NCBI RefSeq assembly: GCF_032191835.1
Contig: NC_083223.1
Coordinates: forward strand, 74,586,001 to 74,650,000
Reading direction: 5' to 3'
Source of the DNA: Heteronotia binoei
Taxonomy: Eukaryota
DNA length: 64,000 nucleotides
Shown: one piece after another, positions 24,751 to 37,347 of the stretch
How positions within the stretch are numbered: the stretch's first letter is position 1
Layout of the letters: each line of letters begins with the position of its first letter
Notes under the pieces: model-generated
The model's database searches: none
Told to the model about the DNA's origin: nothing
Seen by the model: only the letters and a program-made list of their open reading frames with translations
Position numbers and translations under genes: made by a program

Positions 24751-27700
24751 TGTGTGTGTTGAAGATGTTCCTTTCATAAGGTTGCTTCTTTCTTTATTGC
24801 TCTTGTGCTTTCAATGATAGTCTAATACACAGAAATATAGGAGATGAAGCTTTTTGTGGCATGGAAATGAGGGCCGCCAACACCCTCGAGACAGAAAAAA
24901 TGTCCTGCCTCTTTAACAGAAGTTCATTGAGATGTTATTCAACTGGTGATTGTCTTTACCTCTGTGCCACAGAAAAGTTTCAGCTGCAAAATTTCCACAC
25001 CTTAAACTTCTGTTAAAGCAGGTCAGTTAGAAAAGGTCAGTTAGAAAAACAACAACATGCAGACAGATCTCATGCTGTTTCCTATTGTGCTTTTATTTTT
25101 CCAGTTCTGTGGGAAGATTAAATGACTTCATTTAATGGTAGGTGGTCAACTCTCCATGGTACTACCCAACCACATTTAAGTGCAATGATTCATCATTTTC
25201 CTCAGAACATGCCATGCAGTCAGCTGAGAGGAACTTGAACGCCACCATGTTTCACCTAAAGTGAATTTTTGAGATGAAATTGGAAGCTGAAGAGAAACAT
25301 CTGAGGAACTTGAGAGATGTAACAAGAATTCTGATACCTCAAGGAAAATTTCAGTTCTACACATCCTTAAGAGAAGATCTAGTACCATGAAATTAAATCC
25401 TACAAGGATTTGTAACTGTATTGAATATCCCCCACTTCTATCACTGTCCACCAGCAAGTGTAGACTTTTTTGTTTTGCCTTGGCATTCCCTCAGAGACCC
25501 CTCCTTCCTGGCCTATGGAGGTGCTGCCTCTGCATTTTTACATCTGTATTTTAGGGTGTTTTTATTTTAATTGGGTTTGTTATCTATTTTTAATGTTCTG
25601 CTTTTAATTAATATATTATTTGGTGACCTTAACTGGACAAAAAAGGCAAGCTATAAATTTTGAAAATAAATAAATAATGAAAAGTACAACCAGGTTAGAG
25701 CTCCTGTACCTATAAATTGCATGATTGGGATGGATAAGTCAAAGTTACACAACTGTTTTTAAAGATAATGGCAGTATTTACAACAGTTGAACAGAGAGCA
25801 AATTAGTATGTTTTTCTCCAGTAATGAAAGGACATTATTTGGTACTGTCAGAGCCCAGGGCTCCCTACCCGGAAGGGAGAAGGAGTGGACTATAGGCACA
25901 AGTCTAAAGAAGGCTTTTGCAGAAAGGAAGGTGCCAGGCCTTCTGCAGTGTCAGGAGCAGACACACCTGCCCTGGCTTAACCCTAGAGGAAGGGTGCAGA
26001 AGGACCAGATGAGGAAAGTGGCCCTAGCAGTATGATGTAAACAAGTGAAGGTGAACAAGTGCAAGCTGGCTGAGTCACAGCGTTGTGATTGACACCTGCA
26101 GTTGGCAGTGTAAATGAATCCAGCCATTGAAGTATCTGTTTCACTGTTCTGTTTGACAATATGGGAAATGATGGCTCCACCGCAGGAGATGCAGCCCCTG
26201 GTCCTAGGGACTTTACAGGTCCACTGAGTCCAGTTCACACCATCAAATTCCACATGTATCCAAGCTGATATGGCTCTACAATTGTGTAGACAAATGTAAA
26301 CAGAACAGGACTGCCGCAGGAAATACCTGGTGGTCATTTCCATACTCACAGGCTGTCCACACGAATATGCTAAACAGTCATTCTGTTATTTCACATTATT
26401 TCAGGCATTCGTGCGGCTAAGGAGGCCCTGTGGCTATGAACACAGATGGGAAACTGGGGCCCCTGCATCTCTAGGAGAGTATTTGCAATATCAGCAGGAT
26501 AACGATGAAAAGAGCAAAAGTAATATTGACAGGTGATGAGGGAAATCAACAAAACCAGCAGTTTGGAATTAAGGAATGCAACATGAATCCACATGCCAAG
26601 ATGCATCTGAAGAAGAGGGGTGAATGAGTTGTTATGTAGAAAGGTATTGACAAAGGGTGGGGCATAAGAGAAATATGTACTTTCCTCATCTGCAATTCAC
26701 TTACACTTTAGTGTCAACAGCTGGAAGATCTGCAGTTTATTTATTTAATCAGATTTGTATCCTGCCCTCCCCTTATGTGCTGTGTGGTGACCAACTGCTA
26801 TCAAACACTGTATAAGTTCGGCATCTTTACTATCAGTCAGCAGTAACCATATGTTCAGCAGGATGACAGGGCAGTGAGATTCTCATCTGTAATAGCATAT
26901 GCACTGCTTACCTACCCCTGTATACAAAGATCAGGATCAAAATCAAGGGTTCTCTGTTCTGAATTCTGGAAGCCCGCTCCCTTTTCCTATGTGCAGGATG
27001 CTTCCTTATGTGAATACAGGGCCCTCCAGAAGGGTGATCTATGTGTGGAAGTGTGTTTTTATAAACGGGCTGTGTTTGGTGTGATAGAAAAATGCTTACT
27101 ACAAAAGTAGCAAACACATTTATCTGCACCACTGTGATTTTCCTTGGCTTATTAACTGTACAACTGTACCCATCAGGCCAAATACAACTCACTGCTCTGT
27201 ATATCAGCCTTTGGGGACTTAATAAACTTCCTCATTTCATTGCTTGCATGGAAGTATAAAAGCAAGTGAATGCTTAAATAGAGAGCTGGTGGGTTGCATT
27301 CAGTCAAGTCACAAGTTGTGCAGGTATGAACTATATCCAGACATTTTAATGTGCAATAAATGTATACAAACCATCTTTATTAATGTTTGAATACCAAAAA
27401 TGATACTTTTTTGCCACATACTTCAGAATCAAGGATGAAAATATAAGAAGATAAAATTCCAGATGGGTAGCTCTATTAACCTACAGCAGCAGAATAAAAC
27501 CAGAGTTTGGTGTTATCTTAAAGGCAAAAACATGTTTCATGTGCACTGCATTTATGGGTAATGGGAACTTCATTCTTTTAATCACAATAGCTTTCATGAA
27601 TCAGAGCTCACTATACCAGATGCACTGAAGTTTACATAAGTAACTACGGTATATATAAATATAAGTAATCAGACTGCAACTAGATTCCTTTTGTAATGGA

Positions 27701-28994
27701 AATATGTTTTAAAACATCTTATGTTCCTTCACAAGTATTTCCTGTCCATTTGAAGCTTCCTTTATTGCTATAAGAGAATCAATGTCTTTGTATAGCAGTA
27801 TGTCTTTTAATCAATTTGATAGACAACATGCTATGATACAAGAACTATTCCACTTATTTTGTAATTTTTTTGTAATAAATAGCAATTACTATCAGTTTAT
27901 TGATACACAGATGGCTTTTTAAAAAAAATTACAAAAACTTGAATCTTGTGAGTCCATTCCACTAATAGCATAACCCAGGGAAACAGAACTGAGAGTTTAG
28001 ATTTGGAAGGCTTTAAATGTTTCTCAAATGTGTGTTTCTACTATATTGAAGGATTGGTTTCTTTGCCCACAGGTAAAATGTGATTTGGCTTGAAAATCTC
28101 AGGTGTAACTCTGGGTTTTAATCATTGAAAGATGGAACATGTGCTGTGGAATGAAGATATAAACAAAGTAAATGGTATTGGGTGAAAAAACATGAAAAAC
28201 TTCAGACTAGCACAAGATCTAGTGGTTCTTCTAACCAAATGAAAAAAGTGATAAAAAAGTAACCACTGTAGCTCAGTTTACAGCTGTAAATGATAGTTTC
28301 AGCTATCATTTGGGTGGACAAAACTGCTTATGCTAATGCTTCATACAGATTCCATGGACTGAAGTAATTGTGCACACACATGCTCTGCATCGCTACAGTA
28401 CAAGCCATGACAGATCTCAGCAGGGCTTTTTAGAGCAGGAATGCAGTTCCGGCTGGCTTGGCATCAGAGGGTTTGGCCTAATAAGAAATGAGTTCCTGCT
28501 GGGCTTTTTCTACAAAAAAAACTCTCTGTGGAACAACGGTGATTTCAGGGGTGTAGCCTAATATACAAATGGGCTTTTTCTACATTACACACTAAGATAT
28601 GAGAAAGTACATGAATTATCCACAATGTAATCAGGGTATAGCAAGGATCTGACAGTAAGTCACAAAGTACATTGAAAGAACAGAGGTAAGGTGGACTCTC
28701 AGTTGATTTATGTTTACAGTTGCAATGTGGAGTGTGGTGCAGAAAGTTATTCATATATTGATGACAAAATGTGACATAGCATAACAGTCTGATCCACAAG
28801 TCCATTCGAGGAAAACTTTAAAAACATTATTTGCCCTTCATCCATCTGTATTATTCCAGTTCATCTCTGCACATCCTTATTTATCATTCTTCAGAATACA
28901 AGGTTTTTAGTTAAGTGATTTATGTACCAATGAGCACAATATACCATGTGTAGTTTTGTAAACTGAATGCTAAGTGCTAGAAACATTCTGTCAG

Positions 28995-29205
28995 CATGCT
29001 GTAGCAGTTAAGTGCAGTAGACACTAATCTGGAGAACTGGATTTGATTCCCCACTCCTCCACATAAAGCCTTGGGCCAGTCAGTTTTCTCAGAACTCTCT
29101 TAGCCTCACCTGTCACACAAAGTGCCTGTTGTGGGGAGAGGAAGGGAAGGTGGTTGTAAGACACATTGGGTAGAGAAAAGTGCAGTATAAAAACCAATTC
29201 TTCCT
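28995..29205 (+). mobile_element. tRNA-derived SINE (Squam3-like), diverged
   Basis: gctgtagcagttaag...ggatttgattccccactcctccac head; gcctgttgtggggagaggaagggaagg body. Confidence 0.7.
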
Positions 29206-30009
29206 GTTTGATTTCAGGACTGTGAGAATTTAAACTGCTGTATTCACACTTAAAATTAAATGCATGTAAAGTGCAGAGCTGCCCATATGAGTTTAGGACA
29301 CAGCTTTAATGCATGTGTCCATATGAGAAGGTACCGGGGTCATTTTGTAGAAAAAGAGGTGCCAGAGCTCATTAGCACAACTCATTTTCATAACACACTT
29401 GCATATGCCATTCCCCCCTGACATCACCAGAAGGTGTACTAAATTATATCAGCACAGCATTCACCTTACAATGCTTCTTGAATTATAATTGTCATAATAA
29501 AACCTTACTCCCACCATACTTTCTCCTATGTGGCCACAGTGGCATGATGAAGATTTCCATCTGTCTGGTTTATGTTTTAGTCATTTCCCCTTTTTTTGTT
29601 CACAGAACATCCTTTGCATCTCCTCTTTTCTTCTGCAGACCGCCCCCCAAAATGCAACCCACAAATCTGCTTCTGAGGGTTGGAAGCCCCTTGGTAATAG
29701 TGCAAGATGTAATGCAGAGGGCAACAGAATATAATGGAAGAATTGATGTGCCTTCTGCTCACTCAATAGCATTTGAGGAGCCAGCTCCATTAAACTTAAA
29801 GAGTCCTATACCTAAGTGGGGAAACCAACATAAGCCAAATACTTCTGGAAAATTTTCTAGCTAAAGTTCTTCCTAGCATCATGGTCAACAGCCATCTTAC
29901 ATGGTTTTTCAGTCTCTTTGTAAAGCCATCTAAATCTATTAATCAGCAAAATGGTTTGTGATGACAAATTCCATAAATTAATTATGTGTTGAATGAAAAC
30001 AAGTGTGCT

Positions 30010-30290
30010 AGAGAGAGCCAGTTTGATGTAGTGATTAAGTGTGTGGACTGTTATCTGGGAGAACCGGGTTTGATTCCCCACTCCTCCACTTGCACCTGCT
30101 GGAATGGCCTTGGGTCAGCCATAGCTCTCATAGAAGTTGTCCTTGAAAGGGAAGCTTTCTGTGAGAGTCCTCTCAGCCCCACCCACCTCATAGGGTGATT
30201 GTTGAGGGAGAAGAAGATAAAGAAGATTGTAAGCCACTCTGAAACTGTGATTCAGAGAGTAGTGCAGGGTATAAATCTGCAGTCTTCTTC
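30010..30290 (+). mobile_element. tRNA-derived SINE (Squam3-like, gecko type)
   Basis: gagagccagtttgatgtagtgattaag...gggtttgattccccactcc head; ataaatctgcagtcttcttc tail. Confidence 0.85.
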
Positions 30291-30356
30291 TATATTGTTT
30301 TAAGAGGCAACCTGTCATTTATGAATATGCCTAAATTTAGATAACTGCCCCAGAGT

Positions 30357-30570
30357 CAATATTCCCTCTAAGCTTAGTTATCATGAGCTAGCTCACAGAT
30401 TTTTAGCCTCCAGCTCACACGTTTTTGTCTTAGCTCAGGAAAGATGACCCCAGAGCACAATAATGCAAGCAGTAGCTCACAACTTTTAATGCCAGTAGCT
30501 CACTTTAATACCAGTAGCTCACAACGTAGAATTTTTGCTCACAAGACTCTGCAGCTTAGAGGGAACATTG
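30357..30570. mobile_element. hAT MITE, 214 bp
   Basis: 18-bp TIR caatattccctctaagct / agcttagagggaacattg (17 of 18); perfect TSD cccagagt; internal gtagctcac repeats. Confidence 0.88.
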
Positions 30571-31105
30571 CCCAGAGTCCAGTTGCACTTACATGTAATA
30601 AAATGCCAATCAGGGAAAAATATGTTCCAGATGGGATGGTTTTAAGTGGAGGAGCTGCACTTTCCAGGCCAATCTCTTTCCCAGTGCACCTTCTTCCTTG
30701 GCCCCAAGTTATTCCACATGGGATTTTTTAGAAAGACCAGTATTTGGTTAAGCCTGGATCTAAAGCTGAGAACTTTAAACATGAGAACTGTTTTCACAGC
30801 ACAGAGGCTAGAAGTACACAGCTTTAAAATTGCCTAGTGGAAGGCACTATCTTAATTCTAAATTATTATAGAGTTCTAAAATAATCTTAGTTCTATCATT
30901 CCGTCAATTCTATAATTATTGGGGGTTCTGTATAGTAGGGACACACAAAATTATAATTTTAGATAATGGAAACTACAGTTTGAAATGTAATGCTGAGTCT
31001 CAACCACTAACAATCTAGTTTTCATAGTTCAACTTTCATAACTGTCATGCAGTGCAAGTTTTTAAAAAATTCTTCTGAATGCAGTGTGATAATTCTGTAG
31101 ATTTG

Positions 31106-31111
31106 TTTATT
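31106..31111 (-). terminator. Candidate distal polyadenylation signal AATAAA (other candidates at 31314-31319 and 31795-31800)
   Basis: Plus-strand tttatt, i.e. minus-strand AATAAA, downstream of the COL12A1 stop; which one is used cannot be determined from sequence. Confidence 0.45.
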
Positions 31112-31161
31112 TTCCATTACAATAAACCCTCTGAAATCTGGAAGCTTCCCTGCAATAATAC

Positions 31162-31293
31162 NNNNNNNNNNNNNNNNNNNNNNNNNNNNNNNNNNNNNNN
31201 NNNNNNNNNNNNNNNNNNNNNNNNNNNNNNNNNNNNNNNNNNNNNNNNNNNNNNNNNNNNNNNNNNNNNNNNNNNNNNNNNNNNNNNNNNNNN
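31162..31293. other. Assembly gap (132 N)
   Basis: Run of N. Confidence 1.
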
Positions 31294-32028
31294 TGCAAAC
31301 AATTTCCAACTGCTTTATTTTTGATAACTAAGAAACATTATATTCTGGGGGCAAATCATACTAAATATACAACACAAACATGCAATTCCATCTCTGCAGG
31401 ATTGACTGCAATTTGGCATAAATGTCTCTAAAACAAGGAAATTTTAAGGCATTAATTTGCTTTTTAAGAAAACTGTATCCATTTGATACAACGATGTAAG
31501 GCAGCCACTTTAAGGTTTGTGGTTGTTAAATGGGATGTATAAGAGCATTATATGCCCTGCAGGATATAAGCTAAGATAGAAGAAATGAGACTTTTGAAAA
31601 AAAGTTTCTTGTTTTACTAGATGATGCAGATTTATAATGTGACTGAACTGTATCTGATGAGGAGGAAAAGTCTAAAGCAAGCTCCATTGCGAAGCACCCA
31701 GCCTTCAGACCATCAGTAGCTGTGAAGGATGTTTCTTTTTTTAAAAAAAAAATTCCTTGAAGAGAATGCAGCTCTGTGATAAATCTGAATGCACTTTATT
31801 TAAATTCTATGCAGCCGCTGTAAGCTAAGGTATTTTACAAGCACTTGAAGAGCAAGAACGAAAACTATAACACTTTCATTGCTATTCCCACATAAGCTTG
31901 ATACTCTCATAAGAAGCAAATCCATATTTGCTTAGTTGCCCGGCACACTCACTCTGTATCTATATATGCGAGAATAGCAAAAACAAAAACAAACAACCAA
32001 GTGGGAATGGAATGAAAAAGTCGTGTGA

Positions 32029-32210
32029 TTATGGTTTTGTTTTTGCTTTTCTTGACAACGATCTTCTCCAGCGCATATGTTCAGGGTATCCAGGTGAATG
32101 CATGTCAGCTCCATAGTCCTCATATTCGTCATCTCTTCTCTCAGATTCCACTGGGACTACATAGGGTTCACTCTCAGGCTGATAGGGTCCAGTTTCAGGT
32201 GCATACGACT
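32029..32210 (-). CDS. COL12A1: Collagen XII terminal coding segment, long NC1 variant: ESYAPETGPYQPESEPYVVPVESERRDDEYEDYGADMHSPGYPEHMRWRRSLSRKAKTKP*
   Basis: tttcaaccag acceptor at 32220-32211; phase 1 joins the previous exon; TAA at 32031-32029; closely resembles the recalled chicken collagen XII C-terminus. Not in the ORF track as such because it lacks a start codon. Confidence 0.92.
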
Positions 32211-33667
32211 CTGGTTGAAAATAGTTGTCCGATTGAACATTACAGTTATCACATATCCTTGAATCCAGATGGTTAATTTTTTAAAAAAAAAAATAGTAAT
32301 GCTGGAGCGGGTGGGAATTTTTATGGATATACTTGGAAGGAAGTTTGATAAAAGTCAACTAGTTTTCAAGTAAAATGTCTCAAACAAATGAAAAGGGTAT
32401 GCAGCAGTCCTCTCTATTGAAGTGAAAGGGGAAATCATGTATAGGAATTCTGAGTGCACTTTAGAGAGCACAAGGAATGGTGGAATGCACTGAACTGCAA
32501 CTTGACTTTATATATTTACTCAGAAATAAATTCTATTGTTCAAATGGACTTGCTCCTAAGATTAGGGTAAACTATACTATATATAGTATTTTGCAGGTAT
32601 AATTTTCAACCATTAAAAATATTTTCTCAGTACATTTCCAAGGGAAGAGAGACAGTTATTAAAAAAGAAAAGCTGATTTACAAGGATTCAAATATATAAT
32701 ATAATGCCAAAAATAAATAATCATGGAGGTCAGGGTACCATTTTGAAAATCACTTAGGCCTCAATAAGTTAGTTTTGGGTAAGTCATAGGACCTGTTAGT
32801 CACAAATAACCTCCATTAAATTAAAAGAGCCATGGCTAATTTTAACTGGATCATGGCCTGCATGTACATTTTACTTATTCCTTTCCACTTAACAGAAAGC
32901 TAATTAGAATTTTTGGGCAGGAGGGAAATTCTCAAACACAGAGTATCCATTACTGCATTTAAACAACAGAGTACTAGGGCATATAGGGAGCTACCACCAC
33001 TGGTGGTATCAAGTAAATATGATTTTGATTGTGCTCCTTATAGCAGACTGAACTACAGCTGGAACTGGAGGATCACCAAACACTGCAGGAAAACCAGAAG
33101 CAAAGTTAAGATGGGGTTTTTCTGAGGAAGGGGAGTATTTGCAACAAGATGGCATATACAAAAAGCTCTGTGACTTGAATCAGATAGGAAAACAGTGAGA
33201 ATAAGGAGGAGGCAACAAACAACAGAGAGAAAGATTTCAAAACACAGAGGTTATGGCACACAGTCAGCTGCAGCAGGCTTTAATGCAAAAGCATGATGTA
33301 ATGATGTTAACAGATTTTAGTGGACATGATCCCATACAAATCATTTACAAGCTACAATTAGTTTACTATTTACATAGAGTCAATTTCCTCCCACCATGTT
33401 AAATGCATCATTGTTACACCCACTAGTTAGTAGTTTTATAAGCCTCCATTGCCACTGTGATTTCTAGAAGGATTTTGTTTTGTTTTGACATGGGGTTAAA
33501 AGAAAGGGTTAGAATAGGGGTTTGGATTTCCTTCCCTCTGCTTTATCTATGCTTGGCATTTTGGACTTTCATTGTATTCAAGAAGGTTTGTTAGTATATA
33601 TACATATAAAGAATCTCCCCATCTTATAAGGCTAACACAGTTCAGTTAACCATTGTCTATGGTGAAA

Positions 33668-33808
33668 NNNNNNNNNNNNNNNNNNNNNNNNNNNNNNNNN
33701 NNNNNNNNNNNNNNNNNNNNNNNNNNNNNNNNNNNNNNNNNNNNNNNNNNNNNNNNNNNNNNNNNNNNNNNNNNNNNNNNNNNNNNNNNNNNNNNNNNNN
33801 NNNNNNNN
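33668..33808. other. Assembly gap (141 N)
   Basis: Run of N. Confidence 1.
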
Positions 33809-34679
33809 TCAAGAACAAAAAGGTGTGCAAAAATATATTTTAATTTGTTTGAGTTCATCTATGAGGGTTAAGTTATAAGTATATATATCTATATATGTAT
33901 AACAGGCTGCACCTTGGAAGGTAACAATGAAGTACCTTTTTCATTGATTTTAAAAATTCGGATTATTGTGCACAGTATAGGTGATAATTTTGATCAATTC
34001 AGTTTGTTTTAACCCCCATTACCCTATGTCCATGAATTTGTGTATACATATATAAATATATTCATGTATACATGCACATAACAATAGTGGCAAACAACAT
34101 ATCCAACAGCAATATCATGTTTATGGATTATAAGGTGCTACAGTGCACACAAACTAGTTAACAATACTTGTAGGCCAACTCCTTTCTTAAAAGAGGCCTC
34201 TAGATTTATAGCTCACACTATTTTAGGTGATTTTCCCAGCATTTTTGTACTTTGGTGGCCCATTTTCTGAAACTGCTTCTTCTCAGAAGAAATTTGCATC
34301 ACAGATCCTATGGCAATTTAATAGCAGAAACTGGGAGATGGTGACTCTTTTCAGTTGTCTGCACTGTATCACAGAATGGCATTCAGATTTGGAAAATTAA
34401 ATTTCAGTTACTAATTCTGTATAGATAATCCCAACATTAATCAGGAGGTCACACGCAGAAATGGCAAAGAACTGTGTCCTTTTTATTTTAGGTGGAGTTG
34501 TCAACCTTGTTCAGAAGAAGTAGTTTGATGGAAGGAGGAGGATAACAAGGAGGAGGAGAAGAAGAAGAACATTATCATTTAAATCCTAACAGCAAAATAA
34601 TATTCTCCTAATGCTATATATAAACTTTCAGAAATGTAAACAGTACCTTACTGAATGTAGCACCTTAACTTATTGTAGT

Positions 34680-34835
34680 TTTAAAAATTTTATGTAACTG
34701 TTTTTAAATGTATTTATTAACCGTATTTTACGATTGCTTTGTATAATAATCATGGTATATACCATGTCCTGTTAGCCACCCTGAGCCTGCTTCGGCGGGG
34801 AGGGCGGGATATAAATAAAATTTATTATTATTATT
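34680..34835 (+). mobile_element. LINE (L2-like) 3' tail in the last COL12A1 intron
   Basis: ttagccaccctgagcctgcttcggcggggagggcgggatataaataaa followed by (TTA)n. Confidence 0.55.
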
Positions 34836-35085
34836 TACTACTTTATTTATATAAACATATATTTCAGCTTGAGAGAGTAAATAAATACAGCACAACTAAC
34901 CTTAATGACAATCCGAACAGTTATTTCTAGACCTCAGTTAGAAACAGTACACTATTCTGATCAGCCGGGCTAGTAATTACTTCCTCATTTAGTTTATTGT
35001 CCTAGGAGATCTCTTTCCACAAAGCTACTCAAATTGAACAAGCATTTCAGTGAAGTGATGAATGTTTAAGTTCTCAACAACCTAC

Positions 35086-35256
35086 CTGGATATCCTTGAC
35101 CGTTGTAAGCAATACTAGCACACTGTGATGAATCACAGTATCCAGGGGGACCTGGGGGGCCTCTGATGCCTGCATTCCCAGGACGGCCAGGTGGCCCAGC
35201 TGATCCCCGAGAGCCTGTAGCACCTGGTGGGCCACTTCTGGATTCCCCTTGTGGAC
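35086..35256 (-). CDS. COL12A1: Collagen XII exon (end of COL1/start of NC1), 171 bp, [11 protein letters not shown]...[25 protein letters not shown]
   Basis: Hand-translated; GYCDSSQC has the C-x4-C FACIT junction; tcag acceptor and GTAGG donor; phase 1-1. Confidence 0.97.
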
Positions 35257-36127
35257 CTGATTTTATAATAAAAAGGAAGATAACATATCTATATAATTTA
35301 ATAGGAGGTAGTTTGATAAAGTGGAGGCAAAACTCTGCAGTCTAGACTTCAGCTCAGGCATATGGTTAAGAAATACTTCCATTTGGTTTCTGCATATGGT
35401 GTCAATGAAACTACCACAGGGAACTGAAGATATAACTCATCATTAGTTGCTTCCCTAATTTTAAGGTCTTTATTCATAGAGAACTGCTTTGGCATAATTT
35501 GAGCCTGGTGGTTTATATCCACTCTTTGTAAGGTACAGAATCTCAAGGGGCACTTCTGCTTTAGACAAGCACACTAGATTTCAATTAAAACATAGTCGTT
35601 CTGCTACCCCGCAACTTCAAAATGGATGAGATAATGTTTTCTTTGGAACAAGTTATATTCATGGTTAACAGAAATAGAGAGCTTTAACCAAGTGAGGCTA
35701 CAATTTGTTGCAAGTTTCTTATGGATCCTGTAATGAAACATAAATTGTTTTAACTACTAAATTAAAGGCAGAAACAATGAGACAGTTCAACTGCTCCTGC
35801 CAAAACATCAGTGAATAATCAAACTGCACCAATAGCAACTGTGAAAGCACTAAACTTTGATCTTGAATATGGAGTGATTTCCAACTTGAGACAGAAAGAC
35901 CACTGCAAGCACAACCTAATTCTGATTCTAGAATTTCTAAAAGGTTAATTGACAAAGTCAGGTTGAGTGTAATCAGCAAAGATTTGATGGACATTTACAT
36001 AAAGTATTTCTTACATCACTTCCCAGTGTGCCAGAGAGAAAGGTTATTAATTTTGTTTTTCGTACTACATATTTACCTCCTTTACATTGTTCTGTAATCT
36101 GATATATATCAGAACTGGAAAACTCAC

Positions 36128-36196
36128 CTGGTGATCCAGGCAAACCTCGTGGTCCTGGAGATCCAATTCCCCTTTCACCTTTTTCTCCTGGCAGCC
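36128..36196 (-). CDS. COL12A1: Collagen XII exon (COL1), 69 bp, GLPGEKGERGIGSPGPRGLPGSP(G)
   Basis: gtag acceptor and GTGAG donor; phase 1-1; seen in ORF track 35973-36230. Confidence 0.96.
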
Positions 36197-36861
36197 CTAC
36201 AGTACATAAAAAGAAGGGGGGAAACCCCAAATTATTAAAGCATTGACAGGAAAAGTTGATTGTACTTTCTTCTTAGCATTTTATTGCTAATCATATAATT
36301 GACAGGACAGTATTTTATACCACCTTGACGCATTTTCATTACTCTAATCCTTTTAAAAATCTGTATGTGGTGTGACTGAACATGTGAAGACTGCCCCTGG
36401 GATATTTAGGGATGAATTCAAATTTCTGATTCCAGATATTTTGACTTGAGAATCTATTTCTCATCTCTTATGTACATGGAACAAGTGATTCTGTGCTTTA
36501 GTGCCATTTTATGTTTCCTTGAAATGAATTTTTCTAAAAAATGTACACATTGGTTACTGTTCCTTGTGCATTAATAAATCAACATTATACACTATATACA
36601 TGTAAATGATATACATACAGATTTCATACAAATGGTGTATAGAACTGTACAACGCGTGAATACAATGCAAATTAGTCTACAAAACAAAAGGAAAAGCAGA
36701 TAAACCTTTCAGATATATATAAAAGCAAACAAAGTAGGAAATATTCCTTCCTACCTACCTCTAAGCACTAAAGCAGCTATGGTATACAACATTCTTTTGC
36801 TTCACAGAGAGTGACATAAACAGATGAAAAATACATTTAAAAAAAAACACCCACTACACAC

Positions 36862-37050
36862 CTCTCTCTCCAGGCGGTCCTTGGAGCCCAGGTGTACCTG
36901 GAAACCCTTGTCTGCCTGCAGATCCAGGTTCTCCTGGTGCCCCAGCAGGTCCGGGGGGACCTGGTGGTCCTGCAGGTCCAGGCTGGTTGCGGTTTGAATA
37001 GTAATCATTGGGGATTTGGTTCAACATTTGGTTAAATCGGGTCATTTGAC
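36862..37050 (-). CDS. COL12A1: Collagen XII exon (NC2/COL1), 189 bp, [30 protein letters not shown]...GPPGER(G)
   Basis: ORF track 36854-37045; [13 protein letters not shown] is diagnostic for collagen XII; phase 1-1 with AG/GT boundaries. Confidence 0.97.
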
Positions 37051-37347
37051 CTTTGGGAAAATAAAGTATTTAAAATTATACAAAATACTGTTTTTCCTTG
37101 GGAAATTATTTTTTAAAAATGAAAATCCTACTCATAGCACACACAGATCACTTCCTGTCTATTAGTGGTTAATTTGGTATTAGCTATTATATAAAAGAAA
37201 AAGAAAAAATGTGAGCAGCAGATACCACTGAAAAAAATAAAACTGATAAAATTTACACATCCAAAATAGGACAAGTTTACAGAAACCCCCTCCCCCAATG
37301 ACAGGAAAAAGCCCCCACAGCAACAACTCAAAATCGCTCCCAACAAC

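Larger units (their letters stand above)
31100..33667 (-). other. COL12A1: COL12A1 terminal exon / 3' UTR region (partly intronic for the long-NC1 isoform)
   Basis: Repeat-free AT-rich stretch. The 33300-33380 block (minus strand ctatgtaaatagtaaactaattgtagcttgtaaatgatttgtatgggatcatgtccactaaaatc) resembles the mammalian COL12A1 3' UTR from recall. Minus-strand AATAAA signals lie downstream. The exact ends are uncertain. Confidence 0.7.

Noticed and set aside
26600-26630. gcatCTGAAGAag PLE-like hammerhead start
   Set aside because: The downstream stem II and GAAA are absent.
31650-31690. gtatCTGATGAggaggaaaag as a hammerhead in the 3' UTR region
   Set aside because: No pairing stem II before a GAAA, no PLE context, and it is antisense to COL12A1.
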